Positions 18,480-28,196 of a stretch of 39,528 nucleotides of DNA are shown here, piece by piece (position 1 is the stretch's first letter; every line of letters starts with the position of its first letter). The position numbers were made by a program, and so were the translations under genes. Origin of the DNA: an uncultured Methanotrichaceae archaeon (GTDB lineage: Archaea; Halobacteriota; Methanosarcinia; Methanotrichales; Methanotrichaceae); contig CAYXSJ010000003.1 in the NCBI GenBank assembly GCA_964467095.1, positions 1 through 39,528 of the forward strand, in the 5' to 3' direction. The notes beneath the pieces are model-generated. The model was given only the letters and a program-made list of their open reading frames with translations, was not told the DNA's origin and searched no databases.

Positions 18480-20048
18480 TCACTTCTTCCAGAACTCCGG
18501 CAACAACAGCACTAAAGCCGTCACTATCTCCAGCCGGCCGATCCACATGCAAAAAAAGAGCAGAATCTTTCCCGCGGGATGGATCTCTGAGAAGCTGAAC
18601 ATCGGCCCAACCATGCCAAAGCCGGGCCCCACGTTGCCGAGCGTGGTAGCGGTCGCGGAGAGGATGGTCTCAATGGTCATGCGCGGATCGTCATAGGAGA
18701 TGATAGCCAGGAGAAGCGAGGCCATGGCGAAGATGATGATATACATGGCCACGAATATATTGCTGGGCCGCAGCACCTCATCCCTGACGGAAAAGCCTCC
18801 CAAGCGCAGAGCGATCACCGCTTTGGGATGGAGGACATGGAGCAGCTCCCTGTATCCGCTCTTTAGGACGAGCAGTATTCTTACAACCTTTATAGCTCCG
18901 CCTGTGGAGCCCGCACAAGCTCCTATTATCATAAGCAGTAGGAGAATGTATTTAGCGGCAGCCGTCCACTGATCGAAGTTTGTGGTGGCAAAGCCGGTGG
19001 TGGTCATGATGGAGATCACCTGAAAGCCAGCCAATTGGACCTTGTGGAAGATGTCGCCCTCCAGGCCGCCCCAAAGAACGATGATCACCGTGGCCGCCAC
19101 TACGATGAGGCTATAAAACCGAAACTCTGCGTCCTTGAATAATGCCTTTCGGTCGGAGTTGAGCACTCTGTAGTGCAGGGCGAAGTTTGCCCCGGCCAAG
19201 AAACAGAACAGAGTGATAGTGGCATCGATTATCCAGCTCTTGTAGGCCATAATGCTCGATGCCTGCGGTGAGAAGCCGCCCGTGGCCATGGAGGCAAAAG
19301 TATTGCATAGCGAGTCGAAGAGAGGCATTCCTGCCAGGTAGAGGAGCACGATCTCAGCTACAGTCATGAGGATATAAACCACCCAGAGGAGTTGGGCTGT
19401 CTGCTTTATGCGTGGCGTCAGTGCGTCCTTGTCGGGGCCCGGCACCTCTGCCCGGTAGAGCTGGCGTCCAGCCACGCCCAGACGCGGCAGTATGGCCACG
19501 AATAATAGTATTATCCCCATTCCGCCCAGCCACTGGGCAAAGGACCTCCAGAAGAGCAGTCCCATATAAGTCTTGTCAGGGCTGCTGCTGATCTGGAGCA
19601 ATGTACTGTTTGCCGTCAGGCTCCTCATGGAAAGCTCCAGGTGGTGCGCCAGGCTGCTGTCGGCCAGAGTAGAGTTGATAATCCAGTATCCTTGGGCATT
19701 TGCCTCTGTGAGTATGGAAGAACCGGTGGTTGTAAAAGCGGACATGGACTCGAACAGGCCGTCAATGAGGCTTATCCCCAGGAAGACGTAAGGAAGAGCC
19801 CCGAAGAAAGCAGCTCCCAGCCACCCCAAAGAGACAAGAGCAAAGCCCTCTTTGAGGCCCGGCTCCTCCTTGGTGGAGAGCCTTCCCAAAATTATGCCTG
19901 TGGCCAGGGTGATTAGAGAGGCTACGGCAAAGGCGATAACGCTGCCCGTCTCAGCATAATATGCAGCCACAGCTCCGGGGACCAGCAGCAAGACCGCCAA
20001 AATCTTAAGAAGAGACGCAAACAGCCTCAGAAATATTCGGATCTTCAT
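18480..20048 (-). CDS. trkH: TrkH potassium uptake membrane protein
   Basis: Pore loops FTTTGS, MATGGF, TTTGF and LGNVGPG; QWLGGMG, GSTGGAIK and WIGRLE motifs. Confidence 0.95.
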   Translation of the reverse strand: MKIRIFLRLFASLLKILAVLLLVPGAVAAYYAETGSVIAFAVASLITLATGIILGRLSTKEEPGLKEGFALVSLGWLGAAFFGALPYVFLGISLIDGLFESMSAFTTTGSSILTEANAQGYWIINSTLADSSLAHHLELSMRSLTANSTLLQISSSPDKTYMGLLFWRSFAQWLGGMGIILLFVAILPRLGVAGRQLYRAEVPGPDKDALTPRIKQTAQLLWVVYILMTVAEIVLLYLAGMPLFDSLCNTFASMATGGFSPQASSIMAYKSWIIDATITLFCFLAGANFALHYRVLNSDRKALFKDAEFRFYSLIVVAATVIIVLWGGLEGDIFHKVQLAGFQVISIMTTTGFATTNFDQWTAAAKYILLLLMIIGACAGSTGGAIKVVRILLVLKSGYRELLHVLHPKAVIALRLGGFSVRDEVLRPSNIFVAMYIIIFAMASLLLAIISYDDPRMTIETILSATATTLGNVGPGFGMVGPMFSFSEIHPAGKILLFFCMWIGRLEIVTALVLLLPEFWKK

Positions 20049-20130
20049 CTAGTAAATGCCGCTCTGCAGATGGAGAGCATCCTCCCTCATGGCAAATCTT
20101 CCGCTTCTCTTGCTATAAAAAAGATGTGCA

Positions 20131-21444
20131 TCAGGAGACGAAGAGCTTTTTCACTTTGGAGACAACATAAGGCATAGACATCACAAAGATGCGATCTCCC
20201 ACGGCTGCCTTGAAGTCTTCCGCCGGCACCATAGGAATGTCGTCTCTTATGACAAGACCTGCCATTGAGTCTTTTGGCAGCTCCTTGGAGATGATCTTGC
20301 CTATGATCTTGGCTCCGGGCCTGATTATAAAATCCACCAGCTCCATCCTCTCGTCGCTCAGGGTGATCACCTCTTCTCCCCCAATTACCCTCTGCAGCAC
20401 AGCGTCGGCAGTAACTTGTCCGGGGCTTACTGCTCTATCCACGCCCACCATTTCAAAGAGCTTGATGTAGACGCTCCGGTTGACCCTGGATAGAATCTTC
20501 TTGGCGCCGAGCTGCTTTGCCAGCAGAGAGCAGAGCAGGTTCTTGTCATCCTGGCCCGTCACTGCGAAGACCACATCCATCTTGCCTGCCTCTTCCTCGC
20601 GGAGAAGCGCCAGGTCGGAACCGTCGCCATTCAGGATCATTGTGCCGGAGAGCTTATCTGCGATCTCAGCGCAGCGTTCTGTGCTTTTCTCGATCAGCTT
20701 GACATCCACTTCCATCTTCTCCAGACTGCTGGCGAGATAGAATCCGACCATTCCTCCGCCTACGATCATAACCTTCGGAGAGCTCTGAGACTCGTGCAGC
20801 ATCTGCCTTAAGCTGGGCAGGATTTTGGAGTCGCAAAGCAGCATGAGGTGGTCATTAAGCTGGACGGCATCCTCTTTCTTTGGTATGAAGATCTCGCCGG
20901 CCCGGTTTATGGCGACTATATTGCAGCTCTTGGGCAGGCTGACATTTCCGATGGGGCCCAGGATGTTCATCTCTTGCGTCGCCTTGAACTCGATCAGCTC
21001 AACTAATCCCTTGGCAAGATCCCGGTTCATGAGCATGGATGAGAAGTAGAGGGCCCTCGCCATATCCTCGGCCATGGCCAGCTCCGGACAGATCATAAAG
21101 CTTATGCCTATCTCTTTTCGATCCTGAACCGGCTGATCAATATACTCGGGATTGCTGACTCTGGCAATGGTCTGGCGCACACCAAGGTGGCTGGCTATGA
21201 TGCAGGTGATTACGTTCACCTCGTCATTACCGGTTACGGCTACAACTATATCCGCTTTCTTGATGCCGGCCTCCTGAAGAAGGCGGGCATTGGCAGAATT
21301 GCCCTGCAAAACCTTCACATCCATATCCTGCAGACGGGCACATGCCGCAGGATCCTTGTCTATGACGGTTACATCATGATTGGCATGAAGCTCGCTGGCT
21401 ATGAGATAGCCCACCTCGCCAGCCCCAGTGATCAGAATACGCAT
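20131..21444 (-). CDS. trkA: TrkA potassium uptake regulatory protein (two RCK pairs)
   Basis: ILITGAGEVG and MIVGGGMVG Rossmann motifs. Start moved to ATG 21444 after GGAGG. Confidence 0.95.
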   Translation of the reverse strand: MRILITGAGEVGYLIASELHANHDVTVIDKDPAACARLQDMDVKVLQGNSANARLLQEAGIKKADIVVAVTGNDEVNVITCIIASHLGVRQTIARVSNPEYIDQPVQDRKEIGISFMICPELAMAEDMARALYFSSMLMNRDLAKGLVELIEFKATQEMNILGPIGNVSLPKSCNIVAINRAGEIFIPKKEDAVQLNDHLMLLCDSKILPSLRQMLHESQSSPKVMIVGGGMVGFYLASSLEKMEVDVKLIEKSTERCAEIADKLSGTMILNGDGSDLALLREEEAGKMDVVFAVTGQDDKNLLCSLLAKQLGAKKILSRVNRSVYIKLFEMVGVDRAVSPGQVTADAVLQRVIGGEEVITLSDERMELVDFIIRPGAKIIGKIISKELPKDSMAGLVIRDDIPMVPAEDFKAAVGDRIFVMSMPYVVSKVKKLFVS

Positions 21445-21445
21445 T

Positions 21446-21700
21446 TCATTTCCTCCATAATTCAGGTATAAATAATAAGAGCATGGACCGCAGGATACCG
21501 TCCTGTGCCCGTGCCTCTGCCGGCAGGACAGACATGAGTGCATGGGGATGAAGCATATGGATTAGCTCACGGTAAGCGTACTTGCAGCATACCAATATCC
21601 TACCCACCTTTATGCCTCCTGCGGTCGAGCCGATGCAGCCACCGATGAGCATGACCATGATCAAAGACAGCTTTGCCGCAGTGGACCATTTATCATAATC
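21446..21700 (-). pseudogene. Remnant of a second trkH paralog, with the N-terminus and an internal segment deleted
   Basis: Frame reads DYDKWSTAAKLSLIMVMLIGGCIGSTAGGIKVGRILV...YRELIHMLHP, then jumps to LLLFIPELWRK*. This parallels NFDQWTAAAK...GSTGGAIKV...YRELLHVLHP and LLLPEFWKK* in the intact trkH. Confidence 0.85.
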
Positions 21701-21805
21701 CTGGGAATTAACATTCTAGTACTAATATATAAATATGTCCAAACATCTGCTCCGTCGACCATCTGCAAAATGTTCAAGGCCCACATTTTTAAAGCAAGAA
21801 TCTGA

Positions 21806-23002
21806 ATGTCCAGTTCAATGACTGAGATCCGAGACCCCGTGCACGGCTATGTGTTGCTGGAGGGCCTTGCCCTGGAACTGGCGGACACGCCCCAGATGCA
21901 GCGACTGCGCTGGATCAAGCAGCTCGGCCTGGCCTGCCTGGTCTATCCAGGAGCCAATCATACTCGTTTCGAGCACAGCCTGGGGGCCTACCATCTGGCA
22001 GATCTGCTGACGAACCATCTCGGCCTGCAAGAAGAGGATAAGATGCTGGTATGCGCGGCAGCGCTGCTGCACGACGTGGGCCATGGGCCGCTCTCCCATG
22101 CTACTGAGGCAGCTCTTGCCCCCTACCTGAGAAAGGAGCATGAGAGCATCATAGATCTCCTGAAGAAGGGCGAGCTTCGGGCTGTCTTAGACAATTTTGG
22201 CCTGAAAGGTTCCGATATTCAGGCCGCCATAAATGGATCCGGTCTGGGGCAGATCGTGAGCGGCGAGATCGATGTGGATAGGATGGACTATTTGATCCGA
22301 GATGCTCACTACACGGGCGTGGCCTATGGAGTGATAGATCGACTGCGTCTTCTGCAAAAGATGACTCTTAACCATGGAAAGCTCGTGGTGGAAGCGGGAG
22401 GCGTGCAGGCGGCGACATCTCTGCTCATCTCCCGGCTGCTCATGCATCCGTCCGTTTATTATCATCATGTCTGCCGCATCTCAGAGTCCATGATCTCTGC
22501 CGGCATCCGGCGCATGATTGAGGATGGTGCCAGTGCTTCTGCTGTTAAAGATATGGATGATATCCAGCTCTTCAATTCTCTGGAGGGATGGGGCGGTTAT
22601 GCGGCAGAGATGGCCTCTCGCATCAGATCTCGGCGAATTTTTAAGCGGGCTGTGTATGTCGGATTAGAGTGCCTGGACCCCTCTATTCTCAAGGTAAGCG
22701 AAAAGATGCTGGCCCAGGAGATTGCCCACGAGGCGGGAGTGAATGCAGATTACATTCTGGTGGACAATCCCGCGCTTCCTGATACACCGGAGGGCAACTT
22801 TCCCGCCCTGGTAGAGGGAGAGATGAGACCCCTGCGAGAGGTATCTCCTCTGGTCAGCATCCTGGAAAGAGCGCACAGAGCCACGTGGCGCTTCGGGATC
22901 TACTGTCGGGATGAAGATCGAGAGACTGTGGCCCAGGCTGCCAGAAGGTGTCTGAATCTCAAGAAAAATAGACTGATTTACCGATATATCAATACCTTTT
23001 GA
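21806..23002 (+). CDS. HD-domain phosphohydrolase (SAMHD1/dNTPase-like)
   Basis: IRDPVHG, QRLRWIKQLG, HTRFEHSLG, LLHDVGH, DVDRMDYLIRD and VYYHH motifs. Confidence 0.9.
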   Translation: MSSSMTEIRDPVHGYVLLEGLALELADTPQMQRLRWIKQLGLACLVYPGANHTRFEHSLGAYHLADLLTNHLGLQEEDKMLVCAAALLHDVGHGPLSHATEAALAPYLRKEHESIIDLLKKGELRAVLDNFGLKGSDIQAAINGSGLGQIVSGEIDVDRMDYLIRDAHYTGVAYGVIDRLRLLQKMTLNHGKLVVEAGGVQAATSLLISRLLMHPSVYYHHVCRISESMISAGIRRMIEDGASASAVKDMDDIQLFNSLEGWGGYAAEMASRIRSRRIFKRAVYVGLECLDPSILKVSEKMLAQEIAHEAGVNADYILVDNPALPDTPEGNFPALVEGEMRPLREVSPLVSILERAHRATWRFGIYCRDEDRETVAQAARRCLNLKKNRLIYRYINTF

Positions 23003-23095
23003 GGGGAACGACCAGTGGAAAGGTCCTTCAGATTATCCCTCTGCGGAATGATCCCTTCGGCATGCCATTCATAGATGTTATCCATTCTCGCGCTT

Positions 23096-23863
23096 TTATA
23101 TTTTTAGTGATAACACCTTTCGATTTAGCAGACTTATTTTAGTACTGTATACGCTGATTAGCGAACTGTAAAAGTAGATAGGAACAACATACTCAGACAA
23201 TTTATCCAATAGCTTATCGGTCCTTTCCGTCGCATCTGCAACTCTCTTCAAGTCAGTCAGAGCAGCTTCGTCGAGTTTATCCGCATATTTTTCCTGCAAA
23301 ATCTTACCAAAGTTGCGGACTGAGGAGATTGAATCGTCAAAGTCTTGCGACATCCCACCCAAGAAATCCTCTAAATGATCATTTGCCTCATCCAGATCAT
23401 CTATAAAATCTTTTAACTCATTTTCTGCATATTTTCGCTCCATTATTAAATTCCACTGGCGAATTGCGTGAGCTGCTATTTTTGGAAGTTGATGCAGTTC
23501 CTCATTGCTCTTTACCACATAATCTAAAGCGCCCGATTTAAGAGAACGTACTGCGAGTTTTTCCGAGCCCTCTCCGGTTAGAATGATAATGGGAAATCCA
23601 ACCTCTTCCGGGCTGGCTGCATCTTTTGTCAGTTCTAATCCATTGCCGTCGGGAAGATTGTAATCAGAGATAACTAGCGGTGGGTGATTTTCTTTATTAA
23701 ATTCTAGCCATTTAATAGCATCATTGATGCATGCAACATGGTTAAAAGACAGTTCCGGGCTCTTCTCCTCAAATACCCGGCGGATAATTTCTGCATGGGC
23801 CTCGTTATCTTCAACTATTAGAACCGTTTTAATTTCATTATGGTATTTTATGCATTCTTTCAT
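23096..23863 (-). CDS. Receiver domain plus degenerate HisKA-like helices, without an HATPase domain
   Basis: VLIVED, ISDYNLPD, IILTG and GALDYVVK receiver motifs; then MSQDF, where an H-box has SHDL; AT-rich. Confidence 0.8.
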   Translation of the reverse strand: MKECIKYHNEIKTVLIVEDNEAHAEIIRRVFEEKSPELSFNHVACINDAIKWLEFNKENHPPLVISDYNLPDGNGLELTKDAASPEEVGFPIIILTGEGSEKLAVRSLKSGALDYVVKSNEELHQLPKIAAHAIRQWNLIMERKYAENELKDFIDDLDEANDHLEDFLGGMSQDFDDSISSVRNFGKILQEKYADKLDEAALTDLKRVADATERTDKLLDKLSEYVVPIYFYSSLISVYSTKISLLNRKVLSLKI

Positions 23864-24212
23864 ATTAATCGCATCCGTTTAATAAACAAGTTTATATGAG
23901 CAGCTTCAAGGTTATGTAGTCCGTGATCTTCTTAATTTTTTCTTCATTTGAGTTTATGCATACTATAATCCTTTACACTATATTTAAATATCTTTAACAT
24001 TTTTTAGCTTGCTCAATCCTGTTCGTCTCAAGATCCACCTCTCTTTATCAAAGTTTAGCATAATAAGGATGATCCTTCAGTATTAAAAAAGTTTTGGACT
24101 ATAGATAAGAAACTAAATTACTTATTAGTAAGCAATTGATTGTCAAGAAGCACTTCCAATCTGCTTTCGATAACGGTTATCTTTAAGTCGCATGAGAGCA
24201 TAAAAGGTGTCA

Positions 24213-24668
24213 ATGGCATTTCCCGAAGACGGACAGGCGATGAGCAAGAATCTGTTAGTCAAGACCATTCAGACCATGAATCAGCACCTGCCCAATAGGC
24301 GAATCAACTTGGCCGAACTATTGACCCTGGAAAAGCCCGGCATCAAGGGAAAGGATAATACTTTCTTCGTCATGGATAAGGCTGAACTTGATCTGATCTC
24401 AAAGAGCATTCCCCGGTTTCTCTGGAGTCGCCTGCGACTGCCCATGCTAATTGAGATGTCTCCTGACTATGGCAATGGCGCCGCTCGAGTGCAGGGCGAG
24501 CCGGAAGTGGAGCTTGTCAGCAAGATCCTGGGCAAAGAAAAGCCCCAAGCCCAGACAAAGCAGATCATAATCTACCTCCCCGAGGTAAGGGAGCTAAGAC
24601 GAAAGCTTCCCACCACCACGCAGTATGCCTTTGTCACCAATTTGCGGGACAGGGGTATTGGGGACTGA
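24213..24668 (+). CDS. Archaeal DUF61-family protein
   Basis: MNQHLP.RR..L.ELL, LRLPMLIE and ELRRKLPTTTQYAF patterns. Start uncertain (24207, 24213 or 24240). Confidence 0.75.
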   Translation: MAFPEDGQAMSKNLLVKTIQTMNQHLPNRRINLAELLTLEKPGIKGKDNTFFVMDKAELDLISKSIPRFLWSRLRLPMLIEMSPDYGNGAARVQGEPEVELVSKILGKEKPQAQTKQIIIYLPEVRELRRKLPTTTQYAFVTNLRDRGIGD

Positions 24669-24720
24669 TAGGTTCTTATTCCTTGGGCAATAAGGGTAAT
24701 TGCAATAGAATGATAGAATC

Positions 24721-24832
24721 CTCTGTGAGTCTTCAGTGCGCTCTGTGTCTTTGTGGTGAATGGTTCGCAACCATTGGCTATGGCCAGTTGCTAACGACGT
24801 TTCAACCACAAAGATCACAAAGCTCATAAAGG
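24721..24832. repeat. REP/REPIN-like intergenic element with inverted CACA(A/G)AG arrays around internal hairpins
   Basis: Left arm ctctgtgtctttgtggtgaa is complementary to right arm ttcaaccacaaagatcacaaag; inner hairpin aatggtt-cgc-aaccatt. Confidence 0.6.
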
Positions 24833-24908
24833 ACGCATGGAGCGACGACTAATAGTAATTGGAAATAGAGAAGAGCCAAAATTGGCAATAACCCTAATGG
24901 AGGATGCT

Positions 24909-25460
24909 ATGGCTGATAGTAAGCTGGCCGAAGGCGCGAGGCAGTTTGCCGTAAAGATGAACCTGGGTGCCTACCAGGAGGCTGCAAGGATCAAGTCTGA
25001 CTTCGGTCTGCCAAATGATATGCTAATAGACGCAGTCCGCAAAGCCTACGATGTCAACATGAAGAAAGGCGACTATTCTCTTGCCGCAGATCTGGCCAAG
25101 AAGTACGATCTGCCTGCCGATCTTCGCCTGATGGCTGCAGAGCGTTCATTCAATAGAAAGATCGACAGCGAGTTTTACCGAGCAGCTGCCGATTATGCCA
25201 AAGAATACGGCCTTTCCGAGGATATGGTGCGGCAGGCTGCAGTCCAGGCCTTTAACAAGAGCATGAGCTTTGGTCTGGTCAAGAACGCTGCAGAGATTGC
25301 CGAGGAGTTCGGGCTTCCCCAAGAGATGATGCAGCAAGCGGCCACGAAGTCCTATGAGCAGCATATGCAAGCCGGCCTTTACCGCAAGGCATTGAAGATC
25401 GCTCAAAAGTACAAGCTGCCGGAAGAGATGATACAGGCGGCAGAGAAGAAGATCACTTAA
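24909..25460 (+). CDS. Alpha-solenoid protein of five 34-aa repeats
   Basis: Repeat consensus F...M..G.Y..AA..A..(Y/F).LP..M...AA..S. Start moved to ATG 24909 after GGAGG. Confidence 0.8.
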   Translation: MADSKLAEGARQFAVKMNLGAYQEAARIKSDFGLPNDMLIDAVRKAYDVNMKKGDYSLAADLAKKYDLPADLRLMAAERSFNRKIDSEFYRAAADYAKEYGLSEDMVRQAAVQAFNKSMSFGLVKNAAEIAEEFGLPQEMMQQAATKSYEQHMQAGLYRKALKIAQKYKLPEEMIQAAEKKIT

Positions 25461-25479
25461 TCGCCTGGCCAAAAGAAGG

Positions 25480-26292
25480 ATGCGAATGCCGCAAGTCGTG
25501 CTTACCATAGGTGGCTCGGACTCGGGAGGCGGGGCTGGAATCCAGGCGGATCTCAAGACATTCTCCGTGCTGGGGCTGCATGGAACCTGTGCCATTACCG
25601 CCATTACCGCCCAAAATACTCTGGGCGTGCAAAGGGTCTATGGCCTGGAGCCCGAGATAGTAGTAGAGCAGCTCAAGTCGATTACCGATGATTTCTCCGT
25701 TGCCTTTGCGAAGACGGGCATGCTCCACTCTGCCGAGATTGTGATAGCCGTGGCCCATCACCTGCAAACGAGGGAAATCCCCTTCGTCTTAGATCCGGTG
25801 ATCGAGGCGGAAGCAGGCGGCAGGCTGCTTCGCCCTGAGGCGGTAGAGGCTTTGAAGGCGCATCTCATCTCGCTGGCAAGAGTCGTCACCCCCAACATCT
25901 TCGAAGCCCAGGCTCTGACGGGAATAAAGGTTCGCGACAGAGACAGTGCCTATCAGGCCGCCCAAAAGATCCTGGAGCTTGGGCCGAAGGCTGTAATCGT
26001 TAAGGGCGGCCATCTGGACTGCACCGATCTGCTGGTGGAGGGTGAAGAGACCATTCTTTTGCCGGGTGAGAGGGTGGCGGGGGGCAACCACGGCGTAGGA
26101 TGCACCTACTCGGCAGCATTAACCTCATTTCTCGCCCAGGGCGTGCCCTTGAAAGAAGCGGCCCGCAAAGCCAAGAGGTTCGCAGAAAGGGCGCTTATCG
26201 GCAGCATGCAGGTGGGAAAGGGCGTGGGGCCTGTCAGCCAGGCAGCTTACCTGCTCTATCCTGACGCGGTCCCGTGGGACGGGAAGATATAA
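25480..26292 (+). CDS. thiD: Hydroxymethylpyrimidine/phosphomethylpyrimidine kinase
   Basis: [46 protein letters not shown] and [10 protein letters not shown] motifs. Confidence 0.95.
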   Translation: MRMPQVVLTIGGSDSGGGAGIQADLKTFSVLGLHGTCAITAITAQNTLGVQRVYGLEPEIVVEQLKSITDDFSVAFAKTGMLHSAEIVIAVAHHLQTREIPFVLDPVIEAEAGGRLLRPEAVEALKAHLISLARVVTPNIFEAQALTGIKVRDRDSAYQAAQKILELGPKAVIVKGGHLDCTDLLVEGEETILLPGERVAGGNHGVGCTYSAALTSFLAQGVPLKEAARKAKRFAERALIGSMQVGKGVGPVSQAAYLLYPDAVPWDGKI

Positions 26293-26342
26293 ATTGGTGA
26301 GGCAAGGATGCACAAAGAATTGCTCTAGCTGGAGTGTTGATT

Positions 26343-26561
26343 ATGGGAAGCGTAAAACCTAGTTATATCAAGAATTTCGCAATGGATCTGTTGAGGACCT
26401 ACGAGAGCTCATTTAGCCCTGACTTTGAACAGAATAAGCTGAAGGTATCCGAGTACACCGACATTAAAAATAAGACCATACGCAATCGTGTGGCGGGATA
26501 TATTTCCAATGTGATGAGGCAGAGAAGCACTCGCCGAGGCGAGGTCGAGATTGATGTTTAA
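26343..26561 (+). CDS. rps17e: 30S ribosomal protein S17e
   Basis: MGSVKPSYIK...F..DFEQNK...K.IRNRVAGYI; ATG at 26343. Confidence 0.95.
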   Translation: MGSVKPSYIKNFAMDLLRTYESSFSPDFEQNKLKVSEYTDIKNKTIRNRVAGYISNVMRQRSTRRGEVEIDV

Positions 26562-27429
26562 AGGCGTGTTTCCCGCTATAATCACGCCATTTTTAGAAGA
26601 TGAGAGTCTGGATGAGGAGGGGCTGAAGAGGAACATTGAGTATCTGAATAAATCCGGCATAGCAGGCATTGTTCCCTGCGGCACAACTGGTGAGTCTGCC
26701 ACATTAACCTTTGAGGAGCATAAAAGGGTAGTGGAGATTGCAGTTGAATCTTCCAAGGTGCCGGTTATCGCAGGTACTGGCTCCAACAATACCCGTGAGG
26801 CTTTGGAGCTGACACGCCATGCGGCCAAAGCCGGCGCAGATGCTGCTTTATTGATCACGCCGTACTACAACAAGCCCAATGACCGGGGTATGCTCGAGCA
26901 CTTCAAGACTATTGCCGAGAAGTGCGACATTCCAATTGTGCTCTATAATGTTCCCAAGAGAACCGGAATCGATCTCAAGCCGGAATTGGTCGCGAAGCTG
27001 TCCAAGGTAAAGAACATCGTGGCCATAAAGGAGGCCAGCGGGAGCCTCTCTCAGCAATCTCAGATTATCGAGCAGACCCGAGGCAGCGACTTTATCCTGC
27101 TCTCTGGAGATGATGATCTGACTCTGCCCACCATTTCTCTGGGCGCTCGGGGTGTGGTTTCTGTGGTAGCCAATGTGGCTCCCAGAAAGACAGTGGCCAT
27201 GGTGGACGCCGCCCTCAAGGGCGACCTCGATAAAGCCAGGTCGCTGCACTATGAGCTTGCTCCCCTGGTGCGGGCCATGTTCCTGGAGACCAATCCAATT
27301 CCTGTGAAGACCGCCCAAAAATATATGGGGCTGGCAGGCGGACCGTTGCGTCTTCCTCTGGGGGCAATGGCACCTGAGAAAGAGATGATCTTAAAGGAGA
27401 TCCTGGAGAGGCTAGGCGAGAGAGCATGA
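26554..27429 (+). CDS. dapA: 4-hydroxy-tetrahydrodipicolinate synthase
   Basis: GTTGES, AGTGSN, PYYNKP, LYNVPKRTG, AIKEASG and ETNPIPVK motifs. Confidence 0.97.
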   Translation: MFKGVFPAIITPFLEDESLDEEGLKRNIEYLNKSGIAGIVPCGTTGESATLTFEEHKRVVEIAVESSKVPVIAGTGSNNTREALELTRHAAKAGADAALLITPYYNKPNDRGMLEHFKTIAEKCDIPIVLYNVPKRTGIDLKPELVAKLSKVKNIVAIKEASGSLSQQSQIIEQTRGSDFILLSGDDDLTLPTISLGARGVVSVVANVAPRKTVAMVDAALKGDLDKARSLHYELAPLVRAMFLETNPIPVKTAQKYMGLAGGPLRLPLGAMAPEKEMILKEILERLGERA

Positions 27430-28196
27430 CGCGAATAGCCATTACCGGTGCCCTGGGGCGCATGGGTGCCCTGATCATCCAGGAGGCAGCCAGGGCCAAA
27501 GAAATGCAGCTCGTGGCGGGACTGGATGCCGTAGGAGCGGGAAAGTCTCTTCCTGGCGGCATAATCGTCAGAGATGCCTCGGAGCTGGAGTCGGTCTTGT
27601 GCGAGAGCAAACCGGATGTGCTCATAGACTTTACCATTGCTAAAGCAGCGGTAAATAACGTATGTACGACGGCAAACCTTGGAATTGACCTTGTGGTGGG
27701 AACTACTGGCTTTTCTGCCGAGCAGCATTCCCAGATGAAAAAGGCAATAGACGGCCATGTGGCTGCGGTCATAACTCCCAACTTTAGCCTGGGGGTAAAT
27801 GTATTCTGGAAGCTGGTAGCTGATGCTGCGGAGGCCCTCAAGGACTACGACATTGAGATCATTGAAGCCCATCACAATCAAAAGAAAGATGCCCCCAGTG
27901 GCACGGCTCTGGCCACAGTGCAGGCGATAAAGACGGCTCTGGGCGAAAAGGAGATCGTATATGGCCGGCAAGGCGTCATGCCGCGAGGAAAAGAGATTGG
28001 CGTGCATGCCGTGCGGGGTGGAGATATCGTGGGAGACCACACCGTGCTCTTTGCAGGAACGGGCGAGCGCCTCGAGATAAAGCACCAGGCCCACAGCAGA
28101 ACCGCATTTGCCAGTGGTGCTGTGCGGGCGGCAGAGTGGGTGGTCGGCAAAGAGCCTGGAATTTACAGCATGGCTGATGTCTTGAATTCAAGATGA
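27426..28196 (+). CDS. dapB: 4-hydroxy-tetrahydrodipicolinate reductase
   Basis: GALGRMG, IDFT, VGTTG, NFSLGVN, EAHHNQKKDAPSGTA and RGGDIVGDH motifs. Confidence 0.97.
   Translation: MTRIAITGALGRMGALIIQEAARAKEMQLVAGLDAVGAGKSLPGGIIVRDASELESVLCESKPDVLIDFTIAKAAVNNVCTTANLGIDLVVGTTGFSAEQHSQMKKAIDGHVAAVITPNFSLGVNVFWKLVADAAEALKDYDIEIIEAHHNQKKDAPSGTALATVQAIKTALGEKEIVYGRQGVMPRGKEIGVHAVRGGDIVGDHTVLFAGTGERLEIKHQAHSRTAFASGAVRAAEWVVGKEPGIYSMADVLNSR

Noticed and set aside
21447-21543. Cys/His-rich N-terminal extension of TrkA in the ORF track
   Set aside because: It is an alternative frame of the trkH remnant. The RBS and Rossmann motif place the start at 21444.
24594-24827. 77-aa minus-strand ORF
   Set aside because: It is a translation of the repeat element plus antisense overlap with the DUF61 gene.
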